The notes: generated from the sequence alone by a model not told the origin. Positions 48,832 to 58,894 are shown, counted from the first letter of the stretch. The stretch is 64,000 nucleotides of DNA from Acidimicrobiales bacterium (GCA_036262515.1 DATAIT010000082.1:654-64653), one strand, 5' to 3'. A program made the numbers and translations.

Positions 48832-50037
48832 TCATCCGAATTTGGTGGGGAACTGGCGGGCGATGCCGGTGGCGAGGAGAAGAGCGGTCCCCGGCATGTG
48901 CATCGCCGCCGTGCGCAGCTTGCTCACCTGCCCGGCGTCCTTGGCCGCTTGGGCGTCGACGGTGGCCAGGAGGGTCTCGACGTGCGCGCCCAAATCCTCG
49001 GCGACCGCCGTCTTGGCCAGCTTGGGATTGGCGTCGTTGAGGAACGAGGCGAAGGTGCTGCGGTAGCCGTCGAGAGCCGACCGGGCGGCGCCCTTCTTGG
49101 TCGTGTCCCCTGCGGCGGCCGCCTCGGCGTAGTCGACGATGAACTCGATGTGCTGGCGCCAGAGCTGGAGGAACCGCCGGGCCGCCTCGTCGCCGTAGAC
49201 GGACCCGATGGCCCGCGACAGCTCCAGCGAGTTCTCGTCGAGCGCCTTGGCGGCCGATGTGGCATCACCTCCGCCGAGCATGGTGCCGGTGGCGATGCCG
49301 GCCAGGTAGGTGTGCTGTTGGAGCTTGGCGGCCAACGAGGTGCGCATGACGGCGCTGATGGCGTCGATCTTGCCGGTGACGTCGTCCTTCTTCTGCTTGG
49401 CGATGCCGGCCGCCAGCACGATGCCCACGTCGGCCATCTTGTCGGCCGCCTTCTTGAGCTTCGAGGCCGCCTCGGGGTCGTTCTTGGCCCTGGCGGTGAT
49501 CGCCGACTCCAGGCTCGTGGCGTAGCCACCGAAGGATTCGGTGAGGGCCTCGGTGGTGAGCTGGACGTTCACCGTGTTGAGGACCTTGGCGATCTCGCCC
49601 TGGATGGCGGTGAGGGCGGCCTTGGCCGCCGCGACCGGCGCCTTGTCGGTCGAGGCGGCCACCGAGGTGAAGGCGACGAGCCCGGCCGTATGCCGGCGCC
49701 ACGGGTCGAGGAACTGCGCTCCCGTGTCGGCTCCGTAGAATCCGGCCACGGCGGTGCCGAGGTCGGCCGAGTTCTGGTCGAGCACGGCGGTGGCGGGGCC
49801 GGCGTCCTGGCCCGCCAGCTGAGCGTCGGTGACGATGCCGACGAGCAGGACGTGCTCCTGCAGGAGGTCGGTGAGATCGGCTCGCAGGGTGGCGGCCGGG
49901 GACTCCACGCCCTCCTTGACGTCGTACTTGACCGTCGTGGCCGTGGTGGAGCCGCTCTTGCCGCTGTCGCTGCATCCGCCACCGAGCACGGCGACGCACA
50001 TGATGCTTCCCAACACCTTCGCTCTGGCCCTGCGCAT
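48832..50037 (-). CDS. helical lipoprotein with internal two-fold duplication; first gene of the sigma/anti-sigma operon
   Basis: The start was moved to MRRARAKVLGSIMCVAVLGGGCS (lipobox), preceded by AGGAG. The stop lies 12 nt before the sigma gene start. Confidence 0.65.
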   Translation of the reverse strand: MRRARAKVLGSIMCVAVLGGGCSDSGKSGSTTATTVKYDVKEGVESPAATLRADLTDLLQEHVLLVGIVTDAQLAGQDAGPATAVLDQNSADLGTAVAGFYGADTGAQFLDPWRRHTAGLVAFTSVAASTDKAPVAAAKAALTAIQGEIAKVLNTVNVQLTTEALTESFGGYATSLESAITARAKNDPEAASKLKKAADKMADVGIVLAAGIAKQKKDDVTGKIDAISAVMRTSLAAKLQQHTYLAGIATGTMLGGGDATSAAKALDENSLELSRAIGSVYGDEAARRFLQLWRQHIEFIVDYAEAAAAGDTTKKGAARSALDGYRSTFASFLNDANPKLAKTAVAEDLGAHVETLLATVDAQAAKDAGQVSKLRTAAMHMPGTALLLATGIARQFPTKFG

Positions 50038-50102
50038 CAACCCTGCTCCTCGTGGGACGGCGTGGCCGCGGACGTTACTGCCCGGCCGGCGCTGCCTCCC
50101 GG

Positions 50103-50492
50103 TCAGTACTCGGTGATCTCGTTGATCTCGCGCTGGAGCTGCTTGTACTCCGGCGACTGGGTGATCGGGAGGAGCGCCATGAGCTTCGGTGTGTTGCCGG
50201 TGACCTTCACGCGGCCCTGCATGAACGCCGCGTTGGAGTCGAGCTCGCCCTTCTGGATCAGGGTGGCGTCGGCGTGCGACAGCGTGAGGGTGATCTCGGC
50301 GTCGTCGAGGTCGCCGAGCCCGCTCTCCAGCAGCTTGCCGTCGACGACGACCCAGTAGTACCTGACGTCGCCGCCCTCGGGCGCTCCCGTCAGCACGTAC
50401 TGCAGACGGGCGGAGGCGCCCATCCGCTCGGGCTGGCCGTCGGCCATCTTGCGGGTCTCGTCGAGCCATTCCTGGCTGAGGAACTTGGCCAT
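50103..50492 (-). CDS. SCP2 sterol-binding-domain protein
   Basis: ATG is preceded by AGGAGGG. The motif AFMQGRVKVTGN is typical of SCP2. Confidence 0.75.
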   Translation of the reverse strand: MAKFLSQEWLDETRKMADGQPERMGASARLQYVLTGAPEGGDVRYYWVVVDGKLLESGLGDLDDAEITLTLSHADATLIQKGELDSNAAFMQGRVKVTGNTPKLMALLPITQSPEYKQLQREINEITEY

Positions 50493-50545
50493 GGGCCCTC
50501 CTGAGATCTGGTTGCCCGCCTGGCGGGCGGACCGGAAGGGCGAAT

Positions 50546-51469
50546 CTACCGCTGGTTGCCGGCCGGCGCCCCCCGGCCGGCGGCGCCGCCGGTGCGGGGC
50601 GACAGGGACAGCGCCGCATCGACACCGGCGAACAGGTCGTCCTCGGGCAACGGCGTCTCGACCAGGCTGCGGGCCAGCATGTACTCGTCGTAGGGGTACA
50701 CGGCGTCGGCGACCTCGGCCGGCAGCCCGAACCAGAACGGGGACTCGGGGTCGATCTGGGTGGCGTGGGCCAGAAGAGCCTCCCCCCGCACGTGGGCGTG
50801 CGAGGAGATGTCGACCGTCGTGGTGATGAGGTCGTCGGCGGACGGCCGCTCGAGCCACCGTTCGCCGAACGGCGACTCCAATCCGAGCTCCAGGAACTTC
50901 TCGTGCATGGCCACGACGCGCTTCCGGGACCACTGCGTGTAATAGAGCTTCAGCGGTTGCCACGGCTCGCCAGTGCCCGGATAGGCGAGGGGATCGGCGC
51001 CCCGGTCGAAGGCGAGGACGGAGATGTCGTGCACCCGCAGGTGGTCGGGGTGCGGATAGCCCTGCTGGTCCTCGTGGTAGGTGACGACCACGTGGGGACG
51101 GGTGCGGCGGATCACCGCCACCAGCCGTCCCACCGCCTCGTCGAGATCGGCCGAGGCGAAACAGTCGGGGTGGCTGTTGGCGTCCGAGTCGGGCATGCCG
51201 GAGTCCCGGTACCCCAGCTCGACGACCTCGGCGTAGCCGATGATCGCGGCGGCGCGGGCCAGCTCCTGGCGGCGCAGGGCGGGGAGGTTGTCACGGACCT
51301 CCGGGCGCTCCATGGCCGGGTTCAGGATGTCGCCCTCCTCGCCGCCCGTGCAGCACACGAGCACGGTGTGCACGCCGGCCGCCGCATACCGGGCGACGGT
51401 CGCCGCTCCCTTGGAGGACTCGTCATCGGGATGGGCATGGACGCAGAGGAGGCACAGCCGCTCGGTCAT
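50546..51469 (-). CDS. PIG-L/LmbE-family deacetylase, Mca/MshB-like (mycothiol metabolism)
   Basis: Contains VHAHPDDES and HPDH. The length and C-terminal region fit mycothiol S-conjugate amidase-type proteins. Confidence 0.8.
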   Translation of the reverse strand: MTERLCLLCVHAHPDDESSKGAATVARYAAAGVHTVLVCCTGGEEGDILNPAMERPEVRDNLPALRRQELARAAAIIGYAEVVELGYRDSGMPDSDANSHPDCFASADLDEAVGRLVAVIRRTRPHVVVTYHEDQQGYPHPDHLRVHDISVLAFDRGADPLAYPGTGEPWQPLKLYYTQWSRKRVVAMHEKFLELGLESPFGERWLERPSADDLITTTVDISSHAHVRGEALLAHATQIDPESPFWFGLPAEVADAVYPYDEYMLARSLVETPLPEDDLFAGVDAALSLSPRTGGAAGRGAPAGNQR

Positions 51470-51520
51470 CTCCGCAAACGCTACCGGCGTCGTGGGATCA
51501 CCCTGGCCGCGGCGCGCCCG

Positions 51521-52261
51521 TCAGCGGCCGCGCACCACGGACGCAAATCCGTCGAAGATCGCCTGCTGGGAGGGGTCGTCGGCCGAGGTCATCTCGGGGT
51601 GCCACTGCACGCCGACCACCCACGCGGCAGGATCGTCCAGCTCCACGGCCTCGACCAGGCCGTCGCCGCTCCACGCCACCGCCACCACGCCGTCCGCCAT
51701 CCGGTCGACACCTTGGTGGTGGTGGGAGGTGCACCGCAGGACCTCCTGTCCGCACGCCGCCGCCAGCCTGCTCCCCGGCGACACCTTCACGTCGTGGAGG
51801 ACCGAGGACTGGCCGGTGGGATGACCATGCAGATCCATGCCGGAGAGGTCGGGGAGGTGTTGATGCAGGTTGCCGCCGAGCGCCACGTTCAGGACCTGCA
51901 TGCCGCGGCAGATGGCGAACAGCGGGAGTCCGGCGGACAGGGCGGCCCGCACGAGGCCGATCTCGAGCTCGTCGCGCACCGCGTCGATGCCGTACACGGT
52001 CGGGTGGGGCGGCCCGCCGCCGTAGCGGACGGGGTCGACGTCGCCGCCGCCGGCGAGCAGCAGACCGTCGAACGGTGCGAGCAGCTCCGGCGGCCCGAGG
52101 GTCGGTGCCGGCGGAAGGAGCAGGGCGCGCACCCCGGCCCGGTCGAGGCTGGCCACGTAGCCCTCGGGGACGGCATAGCCCCCCCTCGCCCAGTCGACCA
52201 CCCGGCCCGCGGGCAGGTGGTATGTGGGGACGGCGACGAGGGGAGTGGCGGAGCCGGGCAA
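51521..52261 (-). CDS. class I glutamine amidotransferase, peptidase C26 (gamma-glutamyl-GABA hydrolase-like)
   Basis: The nucleophile elbow is AICRGMQVLN, and SHHHQGV is present. Confidence 0.8.
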   Translation of the reverse strand: MPGSATPLVAVPTYHLPAGRVVDWARGGYAVPEGYVASLDRAGVRALLLPPAPTLGPPELLAPFDGLLLAGGGDVDPVRYGGGPPHPTVYGIDAVRDELEIGLVRAALSAGLPLFAICRGMQVLNVALGGNLHQHLPDLSGMDLHGHPTGQSSVLHDVKVSPGSRLAAACGQEVLRCTSHHHQGVDRMADGVVAVAWSGDGLVEAVELDDPAAWVVGVQWHPEMTSADDPSQQAIFDGFASVVRGR

Positions 52262-52295
52262 GGCGTCAGGCTACCGAGTGCCCGTGGGCAGTCGG

Positions 52296-53291
52296 TCAGC
52301 GGCAGCGACCCTCGCCGGCGTCGGTGAAGGTGTCGCCGGGGACGTGGTCGAAGCGCCATCGGTACCCGTCCGAGGACAGGGTGAGCACCAGGATCCCGAA
52401 CGTCACCGACCGGCGCAGCTCGCTCCCGCGATGTGGCACGAACGTCGGGTACAAGCTCCGTCCCCCGGTGCCGACGACGAACTGGCGGATGCCGTCCGCC
52501 TTCGGCGTCCCGTCGGGAGCGGTGGCGGCGAAGCGCTCGTAGTGGTGGTCGTGGCCCGACAGCACCAGCTCGGCCGATGCCCGGTCGAGGAGCTCCCACA
52601 GGGGACCGACGGACGGGTCGTCGCCGTGGTAGCCGGACGAGAATCGCGGGTGGTGCCAGTACGCCAGCGTGCACCGGGCGCCCGACGCGACCAGGTCGGC
52701 CTCCAGCCAGGCGTACTGGGGTGACCCGGGGCCACAACCTCCGGCGGCCGCGCAGTTCGAGTTGAGCGACACCATGTGCCAGGCCCCCACGTCGAAGCTG
52801 TACCACCCCCGGCCGGGGGGACCGGCCGCCGCGCCGAAGTAGGTGAAGTAGCCCCTGGCCGAGCCGCCTGCGAACTCGTGGTTGCCCGGGCTGGGGTGGG
52901 TGATGGCCTTGAAGCGTCCCCACGACCTGTCGTACGAGTCGCGGAACGCGGCCAGCGTGCCCGTCTCGTACTGGTTGTCGCCGAGGGTGAGCACGGCGGC
53001 CGGGCGGGCCGCCTCCACCAGCGCCGCCGTCTCCGCCATGCGGCAACCGGCGTCCGACGGCGCCTGGCCGGGCGTGCAGGCGATGTCGCCTGCGGCGGCG
53101 ACCACGACCGAGTCGTCGGGAACGGCCGGCGCCGCCGATGTCGTGGTGGTCGACGCAGCCGCCGTCACGGCCGTGGCCGGGCCGGCGCCCTCCCGCCCGG
53201 CGCCGCTCCCCCCGGCGCCGTTCCCCCCGCAGGCGACGAGCAGTGACAGCGCTGCCACCGCCGCCCCGGCCCGGGCGACGGTCGGACGCAT
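52296..53291 (-). CDS. secreted metallophosphoesterase lipoprotein
   Basis: The start was moved to MRPTVARAGAAVAALSLLVACGG (lipobox). Motifs are GDIAC, GDNQYE, GNHEF and GHDHHYERF. Confidence 0.75.
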   Translation of the reverse strand: MRPTVARAGAAVAALSLLVACGGNGAGGSGAGREGAGPATAVTAAASTTTTSAAPAVPDDSVVVAAAGDIACTPGQAPSDAGCRMAETAALVEAARPAAVLTLGDNQYETGTLAAFRDSYDRSWGRFKAITHPSPGNHEFAGGSARGYFTYFGAAAGPPGRGWYSFDVGAWHMVSLNSNCAAAGGCGPGSPQYAWLEADLVASGARCTLAYWHHPRFSSGYHGDDPSVGPLWELLDRASAELVLSGHDHHYERFAATAPDGTPKADGIRQFVVGTGGRSLYPTFVPHRGSELRRSVTFGILVLTLSSDGYRWRFDHVPGDTFTDAGEGRCR

Positions 53292-53402
53292 CGACCCATT
53301 CTGCGGCACGCACCTGCTCGAGAGCCCGGCGCGCCGCTTCATTGTCCACCTCTCGCTCCCGTCCGGGCCTGTGCCACTCACCTAGTGGCGTGAACGGGAA
53401 CC

Positions 53403-53891
53403 TCAGCCGGGCTTGAACGCGGGGCGCCCGTCGCCCGTGGTGCTCACCGGCGAGGTGTCACGGCCGCTGCGGCCACCGAGGTCGCGTGCCCAGCCGTTCA
53501 TGCCCTCGCGGTCCCATGCCTCGGTGGTGGCCTCGACACGGCCGTCCTCCACCAGCACCAGGGTCGGCACGACCTCGACTCCGTAGGAGCGGGACGCCTC
53601 GAAATGGCCGGCCTCGTCGTCGAGAACCGGACCGGCGAAACCGACCCGGTCGAGCCACGGCCGGGTATCGCCCATCTTCGACTGGCTCACGGCCACGACG
53701 GGAACGGCGTCGCCGTAGCGGCGTTGCAGCTCGGCGATCACCGGGAAGGCCAGCTGGCAGGTCGGGCAGCTGATCTTGAAGAAGGCCAGCAGGGCGGGGC
53801 CGGATCGGGTGAGGTCGGCGAGGCTCCGGGGCGCGCCCTCGCCGTCAGGCAGGGTGAACGACGGCGCGACGGCGCCGGCGGGAAGGGGCAC
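53403..53891 (-). CDS. thioredoxin-fold redoxin (AhpC/TSA/TlpA-like)
   Basis: The CPTC active site sits in the context FFKISCPTCQ. Confidence 0.75.
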   Translation of the reverse strand: MPLPAGAVAPSFTLPDGEGAPRSLADLTRSGPALLAFFKISCPTCQLAFPVIAELQRRYGDAVPVVAVSQSKMGDTRPWLDRVGFAGPVLDDEAGHFEASRSYGVEVVPTLVLVEDGRVEATTEAWDREGMNGWARDLGGRSGRDTSPVSTTGDGRPAFKPG

Positions 53892-53900
53892 GCCGGTCGA

Positions 53901-54179
53901 TCAGGAGAGCAGGCCCTCGATGGCGCCGGCCAGCTCCACGTCGGCGTCGGTGACGCCTCCGGCCGTGTGGGTCCACAGCGCCAGCTCGACCTTGTTCCAG
54001 GAAATGGCGATGTCGGGGTGGTGGTTGGCCGCCTCGGCCAGCATGGCGACGGTGTTGACGAACTCCATGGCGGCACCGAAGTCCTTGCGCTCGACGAGCC
54101 GCACGAGCTTGTCGCCCTTGCGCTCCCAGCCGAGGCGTTCGGCCGCAGCAGCGACCTCGTCGTCGGGAAGGCGCTCCAC
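53901..54179 (-). CDS. pterin-4-alpha-carbinolamine dehydratase
   Basis: 92 aa. The motif NHHPDIAISWNKVELALWTH is present. Confidence 0.85.
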   Translation of the reverse strand: MERLPDDEVAAAAERLGWERKGDKLVRLVERKDFGAAMEFVNTVAMLAEAANHHPDIAISWNKVELALWTHTAGGVTDADVELAGAIEGLLS

Positions 54180-54261
54180 AGGGTCATCCTACGCCCGCTG
54201 ACCGGGTCCTGCCCCGCCGGCGCTCTGTCCTGTGCGGTCGCGATGCAGGTGCCGCTCCCGG

Positions 54262-54537
54262 TCAGCAGGTGCGGAAGCCGTCGATCCCCTCGGGGCGTTC
54301 GTCGATGACCTGGACAGCGGTGACGACGGCGTGCTTCGGGCCGGTGCGACACCAGGCCACGAGGCCGTCGACGTCGTCGACCGCGCCCTCGACGACGACC
54401 TCCACCCGACCGTCGTCGAGGTTGCGCGCCCAGCCGCTGAGACCTGCGGACAACGCCTTCCGACGGCACGACTCCCGGAACAGCACGCCTTGCACGCGCC
54501 CGTCGACCAGCACCCGGCGGCGGACGGCGGCGCTCAT
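54262..54537 (-). CDS. acyP: acylphosphatase
   Basis: The start was moved to MSAAVRRRVLVDGRVQGVLFRES. GWARNLDDGRVEV is also present. Confidence 0.85.
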   Translation of the reverse strand: MSAAVRRRVLVDGRVQGVLFRESCRRKALSAGLSGWARNLDDGRVEVVVEGAVDDVDGLVAWCRTGPKHAVVTAVQVIDERPEGIDGFRTC

Positions 54538-54616
54538 CCGTCCATTCTGGGCGCGTCCGGAGCTCACGGCTCGCGCCCAGGCGATTCCTGGTCGTCCCGA
54601 CTCCTAACCTCCGGCT

Positions 54617-55222
54617 GTGGTCCTCCCCCCGACGTACCGCCGACGGCGCGGGAGGGCCGCCGCGCGCGTGGCCGCCCTGGTGGCGGCGACGATGCTGGCC
54701 GTACTGGCGGCGGCCTGCGCAGAGGACGGATCCGACGACCCTGGATTGTTCGAGCCCGGCGATTCCATGCCCACCGGGATCACCGTCACCAGCACGTCGT
54801 TCGACCCGGGGCACCCGGTACCGGAGCGGTTCTCGTGCGAGGGCGACAACGTGCCGCCGCCGCTGTCGTGGACGGGGGTCCCTCCCGGCACCTCGGAGCT
54901 GGCGCTTGCCATCGAGGACCCCGACGCACCCGACGGCACCTTCGTGCACTGGCTCGTCGTCGGCATCGATCCGGGAAGCACCGGCCTGCGTGGAACGGGC
55001 CCGCCCGGAGGCGGCGAGGTGCTGCCCGGCAGCTCGGACAACGCGACGTACATCGGGCCCTGCCCGCCCAACGACGACGGGATCCACCGGTATCTCTTCG
55101 AGGTCTACGCGCTGCGAGAACCGCCGGCCCTCGGCACCGTGACGACGCCCGTGGCCAAGGTCCGCGCCATCCGCCGGGCAGCGGCGGCGGGCGGCCTCCT
55201 CATCGGCACCTTCACCCGCTGA
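54617..55222 (+). CDS. YbhB/YbcL (PEBP) family lipoprotein
   Basis: GTG start. The lipobox is VLAAAC. Motifs are DPDAPDGTFVHWLV and GPCPPNDDGIHRYLFEVYAL. Confidence 0.8.
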   Translation: MVLPPTYRRRRGRAAARVAALVAATMLAVLAAACAEDGSDDPGLFEPGDSMPTGITVTSTSFDPGHPVPERFSCEGDNVPPPLSWTGVPPGTSELALAIEDPDAPDGTFVHWLVVGIDPGSTGLRGTGPPGGGEVLPGSSDNATYIGPCPPNDDGIHRYLFEVYALREPPALGTVTTPVAKVRAIRRAAAAGGLLIGTFTR

Positions 55223-55260
55223 CGCTCGATTCGCTCCGCGCAGGAGGGGTGCCGTCGTCG

Positions 55261-56496
55261 TCAGCGCTCGAAGCGGGCCACCGACTCGATGTGGAACGTG
55301 TGCGGGAAGGCGTTCACCAGGGCGACCGATGTGAGCCGGTAGCCGGCGCCCGCCAGGAGGAGCGCGTCGCGGGCGAGCGAGGCGGGATCACAGCTGACCA
55401 CCACCATCCGGGGGGCGTCGGCGGCCACGAGCGCCGCCACTCCGGGCCGGCCCAGACCGGACCGCGCCGGGTCGGCGACCACCAGATCCGCTCGCCCGCT
55501 GCGGCGCGCGTCCCATCGGCCGACCTCGACAGCGACAACCCGGGCATCGAGATCGGAAAGGTTGACACGGGCGTCGGCGGCGGCCGAACGGCCGCTCTCG
55601 ACGGCGGTGACCCGCGCCCCCGAGGCGGCGCCGAGCACGGAGCCGAACAAGCCGGTGCCGGCGTAGGCGTCGACCAGGTGAGCCCCGGGACCCAGGGTGT
55701 GGCCCGCCGCTTCCGACACGGCCGCCACCAGGGCGGCGGCGGCGACCGGGCCGGGTTGGAAGAACGAGTCGGCGGACACCCGGAAGCGCCGGCGCGCCAC
55801 CTCCTCGTGGACGTACGCCGCACCCTTCGCGCCCTCCCGCACCACACGTACTCCCACCGGGACCTGCACCGGCCCGGGGCCACGAGCGACGCGCACCAGT
55901 CGCTCGCCTGACGCCACCCCCACCCGGAGCACCACCTCGCCGGGCGGATAGCGGCCGTGCACCAGCAGTTCCTCGAGAAGTGGGTGGACGGCGAGGCACT
56001 CGTCGGTCTCGACGGCCTGAGCAGCCGGATGTGCGTCCGCCGATCCGGCCGGGGCCGGCGCGCGGGGTCGGTGGCCGGCCCGCCCGGTCGGCGTGACGGC
56101 GAGCCGGGCCGTCGTACGAAGGGCCGGCCCGTCCACCGCCACCACCTGGGGTTCGGGGGGCTCGGCCATACGGCCGATGCGGCGCAGCGCGTCCACCACG
56201 ATGGCGGCCTTCAGCCGGGGTTGGGCGGCCGGCGCCACGTGCTGCCAGGTGCACCCGCCGCAGCCGAGGGCCAGAGAAGGGCAGGCCGGCGTGACCCGGT
56301 CGGACGACGCCTCCACGATCTCCACGGCCACGCCTCGCGCGTAGTCCCGTTGCGTCTGCGTCAGCGACACGACGACGCGCTCGCCCGGGAGGGCGCCGGC
56401 GACGAAGACGACCCGCCCGTCGCCGTCGCGGGCGAGGGCGTCGCCACCGGCGGCCATCGCCGTCGGGACGAGCTCCAGCGTGCGGTCGTCGCCCAT
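55261..56496 (-). CDS. TrmA/RumA-family SAM-dependent RNA (uracil-5-)-methyltransferase
   Basis: The start was moved to MGDDRTLELV. It has a TRAM-like N-terminus, the Fe-S Cys cluster CPSLALGCGGCTWQH, the SAM motif VDAYAGTGLFG, and the catalytic VVSCDPASLARD. Confidence 0.75.
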   Translation of the reverse strand: MGDDRTLELVPTAMAAGGDALARDGDGRVVFVAGALPGERVVVSLTQTQRDYARGVAVEIVEASSDRVTPACPSLALGCGGCTWQHVAPAAQPRLKAAIVVDALRRIGRMAEPPEPQVVAVDGPALRTTARLAVTPTGRAGHRPRAPAPAGSADAHPAAQAVETDECLAVHPLLEELLVHGRYPPGEVVLRVGVASGERLVRVARGPGPVQVPVGVRVVREGAKGAAYVHEEVARRRFRVSADSFFQPGPVAAAALVAAVSEAAGHTLGPGAHLVDAYAGTGLFGSVLGAASGARVTAVESGRSAAADARVNLSDLDARVVAVEVGRWDARRSGRADLVVADPARSGLGRPGVAALVAADAPRMVVVSCDPASLARDALLLAGAGYRLTSVALVNAFPHTFHIESVARFER

Positions 56497-56545
56497 GCCA
56501 CCAGTCTCGCCCGGAGCGGGCGAGCCGGCGGCATACAGTCCGGCC

Positions 56546-57607
56546 ATGCCCGCGTGGACGCTGCCGTGGGCGTCCGGCAGCGCCACCGGCCTCGGGCCAC
56601 TGCCGGGCGACGATCCGTTCGAGGCGGCGCGCACGGTCGTCGGCGAGCTGCCGGATCTCCCCCACCTTCCCGAGCTCCCCGACCGCGGCGCCGGAGCGGA
56701 GATGATCGGGCGCACGGCCGCGTTGCTGGTCGACCTGCATGCTGACGTCCACGCCGGTCGCTGGCGACTGGTCAGCCGGCGCGGCCGGGACGAGCGTCAC
56801 GCCGCCGAGCTGCTCGAACGGGACCTCGACGCCTTCGAGGACGTGGCGGCGGGCCATCGAGGGCCGGTCAAGGTCCAGCTGCTCGGCCCGTGGACGCTGG
56901 CGGCCAGCCTCGAGCTGCCGCGAGGTGACAAGGTGCTCGCCGACCCGGGCGCCGTCGCCGACCTGGCCGAGTCGCTGGCCGAGGGCGTCGCCCACCACGT
57001 CGCCGAGCTGAGGCTGCGGGTGCCGAAGGCGGAACGCCTCCTCGTGCAGGTCGGCGAACCGCTGCTCCCTGCGGTGCTGGCCGGCCAGGTCCCGACGGCC
57101 AGCGGCTGGTCGCGTCACCCGATCCCCGAACCGGCGCCGGCCGAGCAACTGCTGGCCTCGGTGCTGCAAGCGGCGGGCGGTGACGGCGGCGTGTGGTGCG
57201 ACGGGCCGGCGCCGCCTGTCGGCATGCTGCGGCGGGCAGGCGCCACGTTCGTGGCCTTCGACGCCGCCCATCTGGAGTCGGTCCCCGAGGAGGACCTCGG
57301 CCGGGCCATCGAGGACGGCGCCGGCATCCTGCTGGGGCTCGTCCCGTCGCCCCCCGCGGCGGAGGACGAGGACGACGTGATCGCCGCGCCTGCCCGGCGG
57401 GTCTGGACACGCCTCGGGCTCGGCGAGGGCCACTGGGACGGCGTCGTGGTGACCCCGGCGACCGACCTCAGCCGCCTGTCGTCCGACGGGATGCGAAGGG
57501 TGCTGTCGCGGTGCCGCGAGGTCGGCCGGGTGCTGCGTCAGTCCGAGGGCGACGGCGACTGGCGCGGTGACGACCGCCGGCATGACGACGCCGGGGACGA
57601 CCGATGA
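56546..57607 (+). CDS. MetE-C-terminal-like (cobalamin-independent methionine synthase family) protein
   Basis: The start was moved to ATG 56546. The family assignment is from overall resemblance only (GLGPLPGDDP N-terminus). Confidence 0.45.
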   Translation: MPAWTLPWASGSATGLGPLPGDDPFEAARTVVGELPDLPHLPELPDRGAGAEMIGRTAALLVDLHADVHAGRWRLVSRRGRDERHAAELLERDLDAFEDVAAGHRGPVKVQLLGPWTLAASLELPRGDKVLADPGAVADLAESLAEGVAHHVAELRLRVPKAERLLVQVGEPLLPAVLAGQVPTASGWSRHPIPEPAPAEQLLASVLQAAGGDGGVWCDGPAPPVGMLRRAGATFVAFDAAHLESVPEEDLGRAIEDGAGILLGLVPSPPAAEDEDDVIAAPARRVWTRLGLGEGHWDGVVVTPATDLSRLSSDGMRRVLSRCREVGRVLRQSEGDGDWRGDDRRHDDAGDDR

Positions 57608-57649
57608 CGAACGGTGGCTCGGCGGCTTCTCCTGCCGCTGCCGCCGCAG

Positions 57650-58036
57650 CTACGCCGGGCGCTCCCCGTCTTCGTCGTCGGCGCTGCGCTCCATCGGCTG
57701 CGGGCGCATGGCGAGGTCGATGGCCGACCAGATGGTGCGAGAGAAGGGGAAGAAGACCAAAGGGCCGATGACGGCCAGGACCACGGCGGCCACCACGACG
57801 GGCGCCACCGGGAGGTCCGGATCGTTGACGGCAGCGAAGATGTAGGCGAACAGGCCGACGAGGAGCAGGCCCTCGGTGACGCCGAGATTGATCACGTAGG
57901 CACCCAGAAAGAAGTCGTTCTCCCGCTCGAACCGGAGGTCACAGCCCGGGCAGTCCTCCACCATGCGGAACCACGACGGGAACAAGCGGCCGGCGCCGCA
58001 TCGGGGGCATCGCCGGACGATGCCCCGCCCGAGCAT
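57650..58036 (-). CDS. DUF983-family membrane protein
   Basis: The start was moved to MLGRGIVRRCPRCGAGRLF...CPGC, a zinc ribbon, which is followed by two TM helices. Confidence 0.65.
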   Translation of the reverse strand: MLGRGIVRRCPRCGAGRLFPSWFRMVEDCPGCDLRFERENDFFLGAYVINLGVTEGLLLVGLFAYIFAAVNDPDLPVAPVVVAAVVLAVIGPLVFFPFSRTIWSAIDLAMRPQPMERSADDEDGERPA

Positions 58037-58127
58037 CCGCCACGTGGACGGAGGGGCCGCCACCGCCGCCCGGGAACGGTCGGGCACCTGCGGGCCCGAC
58101 GTCACGACGCGGAGGTTAGCGTTCGCA

Positions 58128-58745
58128 GTGCGCCTCCGGCCGTCCCGACCCGCCCGCCGCAGGTCCGTCCCTGACCGGATTCCCCGGCAGCTGCCGGCGA
58201 TCGGGGGCGTCGTCGGTCCTGCTGCCTTCGTGGCCGCCTGGTCGATCCTCGGCGCCCGCACCGCCGGATACTCCCCCACGGACGATGCCATTAGCCGGCT
58301 GGCGGCGACCGGAGCGCCCACGCATGCGGCCATGACCGCCGGCCTGGTGGCATTCGGGACCGGTCTGCCGGCCTTCGGATTGGCACTCCGCCGCACCATG
58401 GCCGGCCCGGCGTGGGCCCTCGCCACTGCGACGGGGATTGCCGCGCTGGGCGTGGCCGCCACGCCGCTCGGCTCGCCCGGCCGCGACGGCGTGCACGGCG
58501 CCTTCGCGGCCGTCGGGTACGCGACCCTCGCCGGCCTCCCCCTGGCCGCCGTCCGGCCGTTGGCCGCCCAGGGCCGCACCGGATGGGCCCGCTGGTCGAC
58601 GCTCGCCGGCGCGGCGTCGGCCGCGTCGCTGGCGGCCACGTTGCTCGGCCCGCGCCACGGGCTGTTCCAGCGGGTCGGCCTCACGATCGGCGACGCGTGG
58701 GTGGTCGCAACCGCCCTCGGCATCCTCCGGCACGATCAGCCCTGA
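58128..58745 (+). CDS. DUF998-like multi-pass membrane protein
   Basis: The hydrophobic repeat pattern includes YSPTDDAISRLAA. The start is uncertain, and GTG 58128 was chosen. Confidence 0.5.
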   Translation: MRLRPSRPARRRSVPDRIPRQLPAIGGVVGPAAFVAAWSILGARTAGYSPTDDAISRLAATGAPTHAAMTAGLVAFGTGLPAFGLALRRTMAGPAWALATATGIAALGVAATPLGSPGRDGVHGAFAAVGYATLAGLPLAAVRPLAAQGRTGWARWSTLAGAASAASLAATLLGPRHGLFQRVGLTIGDAWVVATALGILRHDQP

Positions 58746-58894
58746 GCGATTCGATACGGTCACCGATACCAGATCGCCCGAGGATCGCTTTCACAGAAAT
58801 GATTCGGCATTCGCAGCCGGTGAGAAAACGTCTGCTCCTACACATTTCGCCCCCGATGTTGGCTCCGGCCGGCGATTCGCAATATCTTTTGGAT

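Noticed and set aside
50056-50078. ECF-type promoter (GTAAC ... CGTC) upstream of the lipoprotein-sigma-anti-sigma operon.
   Set aside because: The spacing between AAC and CGT is 14 nt, whereas canonical ECF promoters have 16-17 nt. The evidence is too weak to report as a feature.
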